From the NCBI GenBank assembly GCA_963787835.1, contig CAWBEI010000005.1:1-64000 (forward strand): a stretch of 64,000 bases of DNA, read 5' to 3'. The notes under the pieces are model-generated. The model ran no database searches and was not told the origin of the DNA. It worked only from the letters and a program-made list of their open reading frames with translations. Both the position numbers and the translations under genes were made by a program. Source of the stretch: Ignavibacteriota bacterium. Its GTDB lineage: Bacteria > Bacteroidota > Ignavibacteria > Palsa-1295. Position 1 is the first letter of the stretch. Each line of letters begins with the position of its first letter. Below are positions 1 to 8,866 of the stretch, one piece after another.

Positions 1-2
1 AG

Positions 3-536
3 ATTTATGTGCCGGATGCGAGTAACACGCTTACGCTTGCCACCATTGGTGAAGATAATGCGACGGGCACAGGATATGGTGATTGGGCAGCCCTTCATGC
101 CTGGAAGAAGATCTACCGCTGGGGCTGGCCACACGCGATTGTCACATTAACATCCAAGGGAGTAGGACTTGAACCGTGGGGACAATCAGCGGGGGTGTAT
201 AATGGAAGCAAGCTCGTTCCCATTACGCCACCAAAGTTAACCTTTGACTTTCACGATTACTCAGACTTTCCTCTCTCGCGCGGTGCGCTGATTCTTCCGG
301 GACTTTTAACTGGCAACGATGGATCGGTTGCTTGCTCCGTCATCTCAATCAAGCGCACGCCGAATGGCGATACCGAACTGAAGCTCATCGAAGTGGCGAG
401 CGGCAGCACGGGATCGGGCGGCGTTGCTCCGCCACCGGCAACCGTCGTCGTAGCGCCGCCGCCTGGCGGTCCACCGCCGCCGCCGACGCTTGGCGGTCCA
501 CCGGACACCGGGCCAATCACCATCACAGGGCTGTAA
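3..536 (+). CDS. Probable phage structural/tail-associated protein, 5'-truncated, Pro/Gly-rich C-terminus
   Basis: Frame is open from the window edge (ATT TAT GTG...). Ends GGVAPPPATVVVAPPPGGPPPPPTLGGPPDTGPITITGL and lies upstream of the tape measure gene. Confidence 0.55.
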   Translation: MYVPDASNTLTLATIGEDNATGTGYGDWAALHAWKKIYRWGWPHAIVTLTSKGVGLEPWGQSAGVYNGSKLVPITPPKLTFDFHDYSDFPLSRGALILPGLLTGNDGSVACSVISIKRTPNGDTELKLIEVASGSTGSGGVAPPPATVVVAPPPGGPPPPPTLGGPPDTGPITITGL

Positions 537-541
537 CGATC

Positions 542-799
542 ATGCTTTCAGGAACCCACACCTTCACCGTGCTTGCGACGAACACCTATGGCGTCGCCCA
601 GGTCAGCGTGCAAGTCGATGGCGTATTGATGGACACGCAGGTTGCCGCGCGCAGTGGCGGCCTGTGGACCTTCACGATCGATACCACGAAATATTCCGGC
701 ACGATCGCAAGCCCTGGCATGCACACCGTCACCGCGATCGCATACGATCTCGCCGGCAACACTTTCACAACCACGCACACAATCGTCATCGCGAATTAG
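542..799 (+). CDS. Ig-like (Big) domain protein, phage-associated; possibly a frameshifted extension of the upstream ORF
   Basis: ATG at 542. MLSGTHTFTVLATNTYGVAQVSVQVDG...WTFTIDTT...GMHTVTAIAYDLAGN is a typical bacterial Ig-fold pattern (G.HT.T..AYD.AGN). Confidence 0.75.
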   Translation: MLSGTHTFTVLATNTYGVAQVSVQVDGVLMDTQVAARSGGLWTFTIDTTKYSGTIASPGMHTVTAIAYDLAGNTFTTTHTIVIAN

Positions 800-867
800 C
801 GATCGCATATCTCACTCACCTGATCGCAACGCACATCTCTTTCTCCTCATAGCTCCGCAGATCTAAT

Positions 868-3800
868 ATGGCAATCGAAGTAATGGCGAAATTATCGGTG
901 GACGCATCCGGAGCGGATGCGGCCATTGATTCCATTGCCAAAAAAGAAAAAGAGCTTGAGAACGCGAAGGCCAAGATCGCCGTCGATACGACGGAAGCAG
1001 AGTCGAAGCTCGAAGGGCTGAAGGAAAAAGCCAAAGATGCGCTCGGTGGATTGGGCGCGGGAATTGCAGTCGGTGCCGGCCTCGCGGGTATCGATCAGAT
1101 GATCGATAAATACAAAGAGCTCGCGAAATCGAACTCGGATCTCAAGATCGCGATCGCGGGAACCGGACAGTCGCAGGAGGCGCAGCAGGAGATCTTCAAG
1201 CAATCGCAGGAGGAAGTCGATACACTCTCGCAGAAGTATCACGTTCACGAGGAAGCCGTGCGATCGGTAGAGACGGCCATCGTAGGCATTGGTGGCGTTA
1301 CCGGCGCTGCCAAAGGAAAACTGACGGAGATCGGGCTTGCGTTCGAGCAGCTCAACATTCCGGCGAAGGCACTCAAGGGTGTGATCGCCGGCGCGAACGA
1401 TCCCGATTCGCAGCAGGCACTCGATGCGCTGCAAAAGAAGATCGGCAATTTGGGTCCCGCGTTCACCAATGCCACGACGCCGGCTGAGAAGATGGATGCG
1501 CTCTACAAGCGATTGCAGGGCACATTGGGCGGCATGGCCAATCTCGATCCGCAGCTCGCCGCGATGGAGCAGTTCGATGAGACGACGAAGAAAATGGAAG
1601 CGTCGGGCGGCCAGTTGATCGTCGGGTTCCTATCGCCAGTACTCCCGATCCTAACCGGGCTTGCCGGTGTGATGACAAGCGTTGTGGTACCAGCACTCGG
1701 ATCAGTTTCTGATTTCATCGATAAGAATAAAGTTGCAGTAGGAATTCTTGTTGCTGGTATTGGTGCGCTCACGATCGCGATGAATGTTGGCGCGATTGCG
1801 TCTAAGGCCAAGGCCGTTGCCGATGGCATCGGCACTGCCGTAACTGATGGCATGACAATTGCTCAGAAGGCATACAACATCGCTCTGAAGGATAATCCTA
1901 TCGGTTGGGTTGTCACGGCAGTTGTTCTCCTTGGTACAGCGGTGGCGGCGCTCTATGGGCATTTCGATCCCGTCACAAAGGCGGTCGATGGCTTCTGGGC
2001 TATTTTGAAAGGCACTGCTTCGTTCATCGGCGCATTCGTTTCGACGGAAATTGCATCGCTCATCAAAGCATTCCAGGGCGTGGGATCGGTTCTTCATGGC
2101 ATCGTTACGCTGAACTTCGATGAAGTGAAGAAGGGCGTCACGGATGTAGGATCGGCCGTTGGATCGTACGCGACGGCTGGCGTTGCCGGTGTGGGCGCAT
2201 TCAAGAAATCGATCGATGATTCCGCAAAATCGCTCGCCGATCAAAAGGGCAAAGCGAAGGAAGCAGGCGATGCCGGTGTCGATGCAGCGCAGGCCGCAGC
2301 GCAAGCGCAGGCCGATTATCAGAAGGCGATCGAAGATGCCAACAACGCATTCGATGCTCAGACGAAATTTGCAAAGGCCGCGCTCGATGATGCCAAAACG
2401 ACCTACGAGCGTCAGGCGGAATACGTCTCGACCGGTTACGCCAATGGCCAGAAATTGAGCGATGCACAGATCGCCGCGTATGCTGCTGCGAATGTAAAGC
2501 TGAAAGCTCAGGCCAAGGACACCCAGGATGAACTGAAGCGCATTGCCAAGGAAGGTCAGGAGTTCGATGGTACCGAACCGAAAAAGAAAAAGGGTAACGA
2601 AAACCTGCTCGCCGAAGCGAAGACACTTGCCGAAGAAAAGGCCAAGGAGCTTGAGACCACGCTGAAATTGCAAGCTGCGGAGCGTGGCGTTGCATATTCA
2701 TCCAGCGATGAGTTAGCGGTCGAGAAAGAGAAGATCGCGGTGTTCAATGGCCAGGTCGATAAGCTGAAGCTGATGACGGCCGAAAAGGGTAAATACAAAG
2801 AGAAGACCACGCAGGAACAGAACGTCAATACCACGCAGGAATTGACGCTCGAAGCCAAGGTCCATATCGATGCCGAAAAGGTAAAAGAGGAGTTCAACAA
2901 ATCGGTGTCCGATCTGACCAAGAAGAAGATCGAGATCGGAGTACTCCCGAAGGATGAAGGCTTGAAGCTCATCGATGGCGAGATCGATGAGATCAAGCAG
3001 AAGCTCGTAGTGCTGAAGGCAAATCAGATCGTCAATCCGAACGATCTTACCATTGCATCCAAGCTGAACGAGACGGAAGCGCAACTGATCGATCTGGAAA
3101 AGCAACGCCACGATCTGGGCATCCAGCTCGATACCGATCTTGCCAAGGCGAAGATCGCGAACATGAAGGATGGCACCGCGAAGACCATCGCGGAGCTAAC
3201 ATTGCAGTTCGAAACGGACACGCAATTTGCCCGCGATGCCGCAGCGCAAGGCGTTCAACTGACGGAAACACAGCTCCTTCAAAAATCTGCGCTTGAGGCG
3301 AAATATTATGCCGATCTCGCCAAGCTTCAGCAGAAAAATGAGACCGACGAACTGAAGCTTGAGACGATCGGCGTCAATTCCGCGATCGCATTATTGCAGA
3401 CCGAGCTTAATGCCAAGCAGAAGTTCGATGAGTTGGCCTACGAGTCGAAAAAACTCTCACTCGATAAGGAGCAGACTGCCAATTTGGCGGCCTATCAAAA
3501 GGGCACGATCTCCGCGCAGGAATACAACCTGAAGATCGCGCAACTGACGCAGCAACGCACCGATCTTGAGACGCAGAAGGTGCAAGCGCGCTGGGCGAAC
3601 GAGGAGAAGCTCGCGGAGCAGGGTTACAAGGCGATTTCCGACGATCTGACGAAATATATCCAGGCCGAGATCCAGGCAGAGGTGTTACGCGCGGCCGGCA
3701 ACAAAGTTGGTGCCGATAGCGAAGAAGCGAAGGCCAATGCGACGATGTTAGGCTCCGTTGCCAACACCATCTCGGGTTTTACGGCAACTATCCCGATTAT

Positions 3801-4149
3801 CGGGCCAGTACTCGGAATTGCCGCTGGAATCGCGCTCATGGAAGGATTTAAGGGCCTTGAGCATCTGCTTGGATTCGAAACAGGCGGTATCGGTGTTGTT
3901 GGCGAGAACGGTCCCGAGATCATGGGACCCACGAAGGATTTCAGTCAGATGGCCACACAACTCGTTACGAGCACAGCGCGCGCAGTATCGCAATCGATGA
4001 ATGGCCAGAATGGATCTTCGAGAGGCAGCAAGCACCAGTTCAACGTTCGAGTAACCGGCCAAACAAAGGCAGCCGGCCGCGACCTACAAACGGTATTCAA
4101 TAACGAGGGACTGGCGCGCCAAAACGAGTCGTTACTGCACACCAATTAG
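868..4149 (+). CDS. Phage tail tape measure protein
   Basis: 1093 aa, Ala/Lys/Gln-rich helical sequence with a central hydrophobic NPIGWVVTAVVLLG segment and a C-terminal GFETGG...VGENGPE motif typical of TMPs. Confidence 0.85.
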   Translation: MAIEVMAKLSVDASGADAAIDSIAKKEKELENAKAKIAVDTTEAESKLEGLKEKAKDALGGLGAGIAVGAGLAGIDQMIDKYKELAKSNSDLKIAIAGTGQSQEAQQEIFKQSQEEVDTLSQKYHVHEEAVRSVETAIVGIGGVTGAAKGKLTEIGLAFEQLNIPAKALKGVIAGANDPDSQQALDALQKKIGNLGPAFTNATTPAEKMDALYKRLQGTLGGMANLDPQLAAMEQFDETTKKMEASGGQLIVGFLSPVLPILTGLAGVMTSVVVPALGSVSDFIDKNKVAVGILVAGIGALTIAMNVGAIASKAKAVADGIGTAVTDGMTIAQKAYNIALKDNPIGWVVTAVVLLGTAVAALYGHFDPVTKAVDGFWAILKGTASFIGAFVSTEIASLIKAFQGVGSVLHGIVTLNFDEVKKGVTDVGSAVGSYATAGVAGVGAFKKSIDDSAKSLADQKGKAKEAGDAGVDAAQAAAQAQADYQKAIEDANNAFDAQTKFAKAALDDAKTTYERQAEYVSTGYANGQKLSDAQIAAYAAANVKLKAQAKDTQDELKRIAKEGQEFDGTEPKKKKGNENLLAEAKTLAEEKAKELETTLKLQAAERGVAYSSSDELAVEKEKIAVFNGQVDKLKLMTAEKGKYKEKTTQEQNVNTTQELTLEAKVHIDAEKVKEEFNKSVSDLTKKKIEIGVLPKDEGLKLIDGEIDEIKQKLVVLKANQIVNPNDLTIASKLNETEAQLIDLEKQRHDLGIQLDTDLAKAKIANMKDGTAKTIAELTLQFETDTQFARDAAAQGVQLTETQLLQKSALEAKYYADLAKLQQKNETDELKLETIGVNSAIALLQTELNAKQKFDELAYESKKLSLDKEQTANLAAYQKGTISAQEYNLKIAQLTQQRTDLETQKVQARWANEEKLAEQGYKAISDDLTKYIQAEIQAEVLRAAGNKVGADSEEAKANATMLGSVANTISGFTATIPIIGPVLGIAAGIALMEGFKGLEHLLGFETGGIGVVGENGPEIMGPTKDFSQMATQLVTSTARAVSQSMNGQNGSSRGSKHQFNVRVTGQTKAAGRDLQTVFNNEGLARQNESLLHTN

Positions 4150-4298
4150 GGCAGTTATCCACACCGGTTACAAAAGAGAAAAAGTCGCCAAAAAGAGAAA
4201 ACCGCTCCGAGGAGATTTATTGCAGAAACGGGTGCGAATATCTCAGAAAAGGACATGAACCCGGTTTTGTATTATATTTGATATAGCTTTGATAGGCA

Positions 4299-4321
4299 CC
4301 CTTCGACAAGCTCAGGGCAAG
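4299..4321 (+). repeat. CCCTTCGACAAGCTCAGGGCAAG REP-like short repeat
   Basis: Matches the CTTCGACAnGCTCAG intergenic repeat family I recall from many bacteria. Single copy in this window. Confidence 0.5.
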
Positions 4322-4343
4322 CTCTATTGGGGCTATAACACAC

Positions 4344-5633
4344 ATGCAGCGAATTATCTGCCATCTCGATATGGACGCGTTCTTCGCCTCGGTCGAGGAA
4401 AAGCACGATCCAAGCTTGCACGGTAAACCCGTGCTGGTTGCGGCCGGCCCCGTCGGGCGGGGAGCTGTGGCGTCGTGTAATTATGTTGCGCGCAGGCTTG
4501 GTGTCAAGACGGGCATGAGCACGCAGGAAGCCATGCGCATTGCTCCGAATGCCGTTCCGGTCCGCGCTAATTACGATCGGTACCAGGAAGCATCTGAGCA
4601 AATTCTGCGAATTGTCTATCGTTTTACGCCAGATGTTGAGCCACTTAGTCTCGATGAATGCTTCTTTGAGTTGACGAATGTCGCCCATCGTTGGCCCGAT
4701 CCTCGCGTAGCCGCCGAAGCGATCCAACGGACGATAGATGATGAACTGCAGCTCGGTGCGTCGATTGGCGTTTCCTGTGGCAAAGCATTGGCGAAAATAG
4801 CCAGCGATTTTAAGAAGCCGCATGGCATTACCGTTGTCCCGTTCGGCTATGAGATGGACTGGATCGACCCACTGCCTATCGAAGCGGTGCCGGGCGTGGG
4901 AAATGCTACGCACCGGAAATTATCAGAGCTTGGCATCGTAACCTGCGGCGATATTTGCAAACTTAGTCTCGGAATGCTGCACAAACTCTTAGGGAATGTG
5001 CATGGCACGTATTTATGGAACCTTGTTCATGGCCGTGACGACCGCCCGCTCACGAAACGCGGTGCCGCTAAATCCATTTCACACCAAAGCACCTTACAAA
5101 ACACGACCTCTGATAAAGATTATGTGGAATCGCTCCTGCTTTACATTGCGGAGCGCTGCCTTTGGCGGCTTCGAAAGAGCGAGATGAAATGTCGAAGTCT
5201 TTCCGTCTATATGCGCTTTGCCGACCAGCGATTCGCGCAACGAGCTTTTCATTTGAAGGAAGCCACGCAGGCCGAGCAGATCATTTTTCCGCTTGTTTCG
5301 CAAATGACGCATAATATATGGGAATCTAATTCAAAACCGCGCGTGACGTTCATTGGCGTGCATCTCTCCGATTTTCAGCCGGCCATGCCACAGGAAAAGT
5401 TATTTTTCGACGATACGGAAAAGAAGGAACGCCTCTCGCGCGTGATGTCCAGTATTCGAGAAAAATTCCACGGGCCGATCGTGACCAGCGCGCGGACATT
5501 CGGCCTCCATCATTCCTACCGCCTCTCGCAAGCCGGGCTTTCGTTCACGGTGATGAAAGTTGAAGATGAAGAAGCTGCAAGGATTCAAAAACGTGAAGCG
5601 GAGGGGTATGTGGCAATGGAGGTGGTGGAGTAA
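4344..5633 (+). CDS. dinB: DNA polymerase IV (Y family)
   Basis: HLDMDAFFASVE, SCNYVAR, SLDECF, LAKIASDFKKP motifs. Confidence 0.95.
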   Translation: MQRIICHLDMDAFFASVEEKHDPSLHGKPVLVAAGPVGRGAVASCNYVARRLGVKTGMSTQEAMRIAPNAVPVRANYDRYQEASEQILRIVYRFTPDVEPLSLDECFFELTNVAHRWPDPRVAAEAIQRTIDDELQLGASIGVSCGKALAKIASDFKKPHGITVVPFGYEMDWIDPLPIEAVPGVGNATHRKLSELGIVTCGDICKLSLGMLHKLLGNVHGTYLWNLVHGRDDRPLTKRGAAKSISHQSTLQNTTSDKDYVESLLLYIAERCLWRLRKSEMKCRSLSVYMRFADQRFAQRAFHLKEATQAEQIIFPLVSQMTHNIWESNSKPRVTFIGVHLSDFQPAMPQEKLFFDDTEKKERLSRVMSSIREKFHGPIVTSARTFGLHHSYRLSQAGLSFTVMKVEDEEAARIQKREAEGYVAMEVVE

Positions 5634-5679
5634 TTACATACGGAAAACCATACTTTCAAGATTTGGGTTATTCGGCATA

Positions 5680-5913
5680 ATGAACACAACGCTTACTCTC
5701 GAACTGCCGGAAGAGGATATTCACTTTATCCAGCAATATGCCAGAGCGCAAGGCGTTTCTGTCTCGGATTCGCTTGACAGGATCATTTCCTTCCTGCGGC
5801 GAACAGAACAACACCCGCTCCATCCCGATGTCCTCTCGCTTGCGGGAATTCTTCGTGGCATTGATCCCGAAGCAGCACGCATGGAGTATCTCACACGTAA
5901 ACACTTGTGTTAG
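5680..5913 (+). CDS. DUF6364-like putative antitoxin (RHH-like)
   Basis: MNTTLTLELPEEDIHFIQQYARAQGVSVS...LHPDVLSLAGIL...YLTRKH fits the pattern of antitoxins that precede PIN toxins. Confidence 0.65.
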   Translation: MNTTLTLELPEEDIHFIQQYARAQGVSVSDSLDRIISFLRRTEQHPLHPDVLSLAGILRGIDPEAARMEYLTRKHLC

Positions 5914-5967
5914 GTCAATTCTCAATTCCCTCGGAATGATAGTGCCGCGTGGGTGTTTCGAATGGTG

Positions 5968-8505
5968 ATGAAGAAAGCTTCTCTTTTGTGTGGTGTGGTT
6001 ATCGTGTTCTCGCTTGTTGCGGGAAGTGTTAAGGCGCAGCCCACGAGCGGAATTGTAGCTCGGATGCTCTTCCCACCCAGGAACTACGAAATTGCGTTAG
6101 GCGATACCATCACTCCAACGGTAAGGGTATGGAATACGGATACCGTCGCTCATGCCGGAATGAATATTAATTATGACATTACCATTCCGGGCACGAATGT
6201 AGCGATTTATATTGGTTCCATTACATTACCCTCTATCGCTTCCGGCGATAGTCTCGATACTGCATTTACACCATACCAATCCAACCCGAATAACATATCG
6301 GAACTTGGAACGTTCAGTGGATGCCTCTTTGTGGGCGATAAAATTTGTAGCCCGCTGTTTGGAATTCGTCGAATCTCAACACCATTTTTCGATCCATCCG
6401 ACAATTACTCAAAGACTGCGAATGGCGACATTCCCGATCAAACGATGTGGGTATCGGTCGGCGCCACGGTCGTAGATGGCGAGGATTCTACGTGGGATCC
6501 GCCGCCGCCGCGTTATCCTGGCCGAGGAGTTGGTCCGGACGGCATAATCTCGCCGGTAATTCGTCTTGACCGATTGGATTACAACGGGAATTTCTATTCA
6601 GGAACTGGAGTCGGGGATACGCTTACGAGTTTCCCGATCAACTTAGCGGGCAAACAACGAGAGATATATTTAACTTTTGATTTTATGCGAGGGGGCCGTC
6701 ATCGTTATCCTCTCGGGTGGGATGATAGTATAATGTTCGGCCCGGAGAGCACGATTACCGATACTAGTGGTAACGTTATTCAGTCGGGAGATTCACTAAT
6801 TATAGAATTCAAAAAGCCATCGGAGCCATCCACGAATCCTTCTCCAGGTGGGTGGAATGAAATGGCCGCCATCGACGGTGGACGGGACTTCGAGTATCAA
6901 TCACTGTATGCGAGTCCAATGGACTCGGGGTGGCAAATTAACGTGAATGGAACCTCAAAATTCTTAAAGGACACCAATAATTATTGTACTGCCGATTTCC
7001 GATTTCGTGTTCGGTTAAAAGCCAACAATGATGCTCCGCAATCCTCGGCGATAACGGATGACGCTGACGCGTGGTACATTGACAATCTCAGGTTAGGGGT
7101 TCCACTGCTTCCCAGTTTGCAAGTGGGATGGGTTCGGGTGGTAAATCCATATTCTAAAGTGCCATTATCGGAGGCAAATTTTCCGGTCTATCTATCTATT
7201 CATAATCTTGAGGTGGGAGGATGGAATGCCCCATTTCGTGCTGACATTGTCGATCCCTTGGGTGACACCGTATATTCTCAGGTTCTTACGTTGCCCTACT
7301 TGGGGGATAGCAAGGATACCATTCTTCAGTTTCCCAATTGGGATGCCAGTGGAGAATCCGTTATTAATGGCGGACCTTATACGGCAATAGGAAGTATGGA
7401 GAATGCGAATTATGATGATTTCTATTATGGCCCAACCTACTCTAAATTCTATTTGAATACCGAAGTCAGCGACACAGCCATTCAGGAATTTGCGATGGAT
7501 GGTGCAGGAATGAATCCTCTTCCTGGAGTTGGCAACGACATCCCAAAACTGACTGGGATTTCTGGCTCAGGCATGGGATTCAACAACGCCACCGGGCGTA
7601 TTGCAATGAATTTCTATCTGGGTCATTATGATTCGGTTGCTGGTGTGAGATTATATTTGGGAAGTGCAAATCCTTCACCCGATCTTATCAACATCGAATT
7701 ATGGAGCGGTGGCTTGAGCTACAATTCTCCAATGGCTACATTGCTTGCTCGGCGTGACACTTCACATCTCGATCAATTTTCGTCATATTATTTTCCACAG
7801 CCGATTCCACTAACGGGAGGACTCTCCTATTGGATCTCCGTGACTCAGTTTATGAGATCCAATATGGAACTCGGCGGTAGTTTTGCTCGTGGGGGAGCTG
7901 CCGTCGTTCGAGCGGGCGATCCTTCGCCTCAGATCAGTCAAATATACTCTTCACCATATGGTACACAATGGGGGAACGGTGCCGCAGACAACAATGGTAA
8001 CGCGATCGGTTCATACGATTTAGAATTCGGAGATCAGAACGATAACGACAACTGGGTTTCGTTTGGCTCGGCAATGAATCCGACAGATCATTTACAGCCG
8101 TTGGTCCATATTGGCGATACTTCTCCCTGGGTTGGTGCCGGAACCTATATTCCAATGATTCGCCCGATCTTGGGTGCAGTTCCAGCGCAAAGTGAAGTTG
8201 CAATAGGTTCTGCAACCCCAAGCTTGACACTGGAACCACCATACCCGAATCCGTTCGACATTAAAGAGAATTCTGCAATCATAACGTATTCGTTGCCGGA
8301 ACAAAGCATGGCATCACTCACGATCTGCAATGTATTGGGGGATGTGGTAAAAACGCTGGTAAATGCTCCTGTGTCTGCGGGAACACATTCTGTTTCATGG
8401 GATGGCAGAGATGAACTCGGCGGGTTTGTGCCTACCGGAACATATCTAATTTCTCTCATTTCTGCCGGGCAACGCGCAACGGCAAAGTTGATCGTAGCGG
8501 AGTAG
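5968..8505 (+). CDS. Secreted protein with C-terminal FlgD-Ig/T9SS sorting domain
   Basis: Signal peptide (MKKASLLCG...VKAQ) and C-terminal PYPNPF...ITYSLP...WDGRDELG...GTYLI...KLIV. Alternative GTG start at 5953. Confidence 0.85.
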   Translation: MKKASLLCGVVIVFSLVAGSVKAQPTSGIVARMLFPPRNYEIALGDTITPTVRVWNTDTVAHAGMNINYDITIPGTNVAIYIGSITLPSIASGDSLDTAFTPYQSNPNNISELGTFSGCLFVGDKICSPLFGIRRISTPFFDPSDNYSKTANGDIPDQTMWVSVGATVVDGEDSTWDPPPPRYPGRGVGPDGIISPVIRLDRLDYNGNFYSGTGVGDTLTSFPINLAGKQREIYLTFDFMRGGRHRYPLGWDDSIMFGPESTITDTSGNVIQSGDSLIIEFKKPSEPSTNPSPGGWNEMAAIDGGRDFEYQSLYASPMDSGWQINVNGTSKFLKDTNNYCTADFRFRVRLKANNDAPQSSAITDDADAWYIDNLRLGVPLLPSLQVGWVRVVNPYSKVPLSEANFPVYLSIHNLEVGGWNAPFRADIVDPLGDTVYSQVLTLPYLGDSKDTILQFPNWDASGESVINGGPYTAIGSMENANYDDFYYGPTYSKFYLNTEVSDTAIQEFAMDGAGMNPLPGVGNDIPKLTGISGSGMGFNNATGRIAMNFYLGHYDSVAGVRLYLGSANPSPDLINIELWSGGLSYNSPMATLLARRDTSHLDQFSSYYFPQPIPLTGGLSYWISVTQFMRSNMELGGSFARGGAAVVRAGDPSPQISQIYSSPYGTQWGNGAADNNGNAIGSYDLEFGDQNDNDNWVSFGSAMNPTDHLQPLVHIGDTSPWVGAGTYIPMIRPILGAVPAQSEVAIGSATPSLTLEPPYPNPFDIKENSAIITYSLPEQSMASLTICNVLGDVVKTLVNAPVSAGTHSVSWDGRDELGGFVPTGTYLISLISAGQRATAKLIVAE

Positions 8506-8519
8506 AAGAACAACGGCAT

Positions 8520-8553
8520 AACTCTTAATTATTAATTCTCAATTCTTAATTAA
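8520..8553. repeat. Degenerate heptamer tandem repeat (AATTCTT-like, about 5 units)
   Basis: aactctt aattatt aattctc aattctt aattaa. Confidence 0.6.
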
Positions 8554-8558
8554 AGAAG

Positions 8559-8631
8559 AGCCACCCACCGGACTTGAACCGGTGACCTGCTGATTACGAA
8601 TCAGCTGCTCTACCAACTGAGCTAGGGTGGC
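8559..8631 (-). tRNA. tRNA-Thr(CGT), CCA not encoded
   Basis: Reverse complement GCCACCCTAGCTCAGTTGGTAGAGCAGCTGATTCGTAATCAGCAGGTCACCGGTTCAAGTCCGGTGGGTGGCT folds as a cloverleaf with anticodon loop TTCGTAA. Confidence 0.97.
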
Positions 8632-8688
8632 CAAGCATGACCAATCATGCGAGCGAGCCAGAAACGCGCAGTGCGGCGAACTCGTTTC

Positions 8689-8866
8689 CGACTGGGATTT
8701 ATAGGATTTTTAGGGGATTTTTGAGATGTGGGGAAGTGTATAGAGTTAATTGATCGCGGACTTTTATGCCTATTCCACGAAACCAAAGAGTGTATTGCTT
8801 TGCTCAGACACTATGTAGTCTTACCGAATCCTACAAATCCATTAAAAATCCAATAAATCTCAGTCG
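8689..8866. repeat. Imperfect inverted repeat built of GGATTT units (MITE/REP-like)
   Basis: Left arm cgactgggatttataggatttttaggggatttttgagat versus reverse complement of right arm cgactgagatttattggatttttaatggatttgtaggat. Confidence 0.75.

Larger units (their letters stand above)
1..4149 (+). mobile_element. Prophage (tail module) fragment; right boundary uncertain
   Basis: TMP plus Ig-like genes, visibly more GC-rich than the downstream DNA. No integrase or att site is visible in the window. Confidence 0.65.

Noticed and set aside
892-4145. Long antisense ORFs over the TMP (similar ones at 13259-14245, 20811-21590, 28234-29043)
   Set aside because: Shadow frames of well-supported genes with no recognisable motifs.
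4155-4163. DnaA box as evidence for an origin
   Set aside because: A single 9-mer with no box cluster and no dnaA gene nearby.
4231-4258. dif-like site (GGTGCGAATAT resembles a XerC arm)
   Set aside because: No XerD arm (TTATGTTAAAT-like) follows the 6-nt spacer.
4257-4268. LexA box upstream of dinB (GAACCCGGTTTT)
   Set aside because: Spacing does not fit GAAC-N4-GTTC, and the LexA motif for this lineage is unknown to me.
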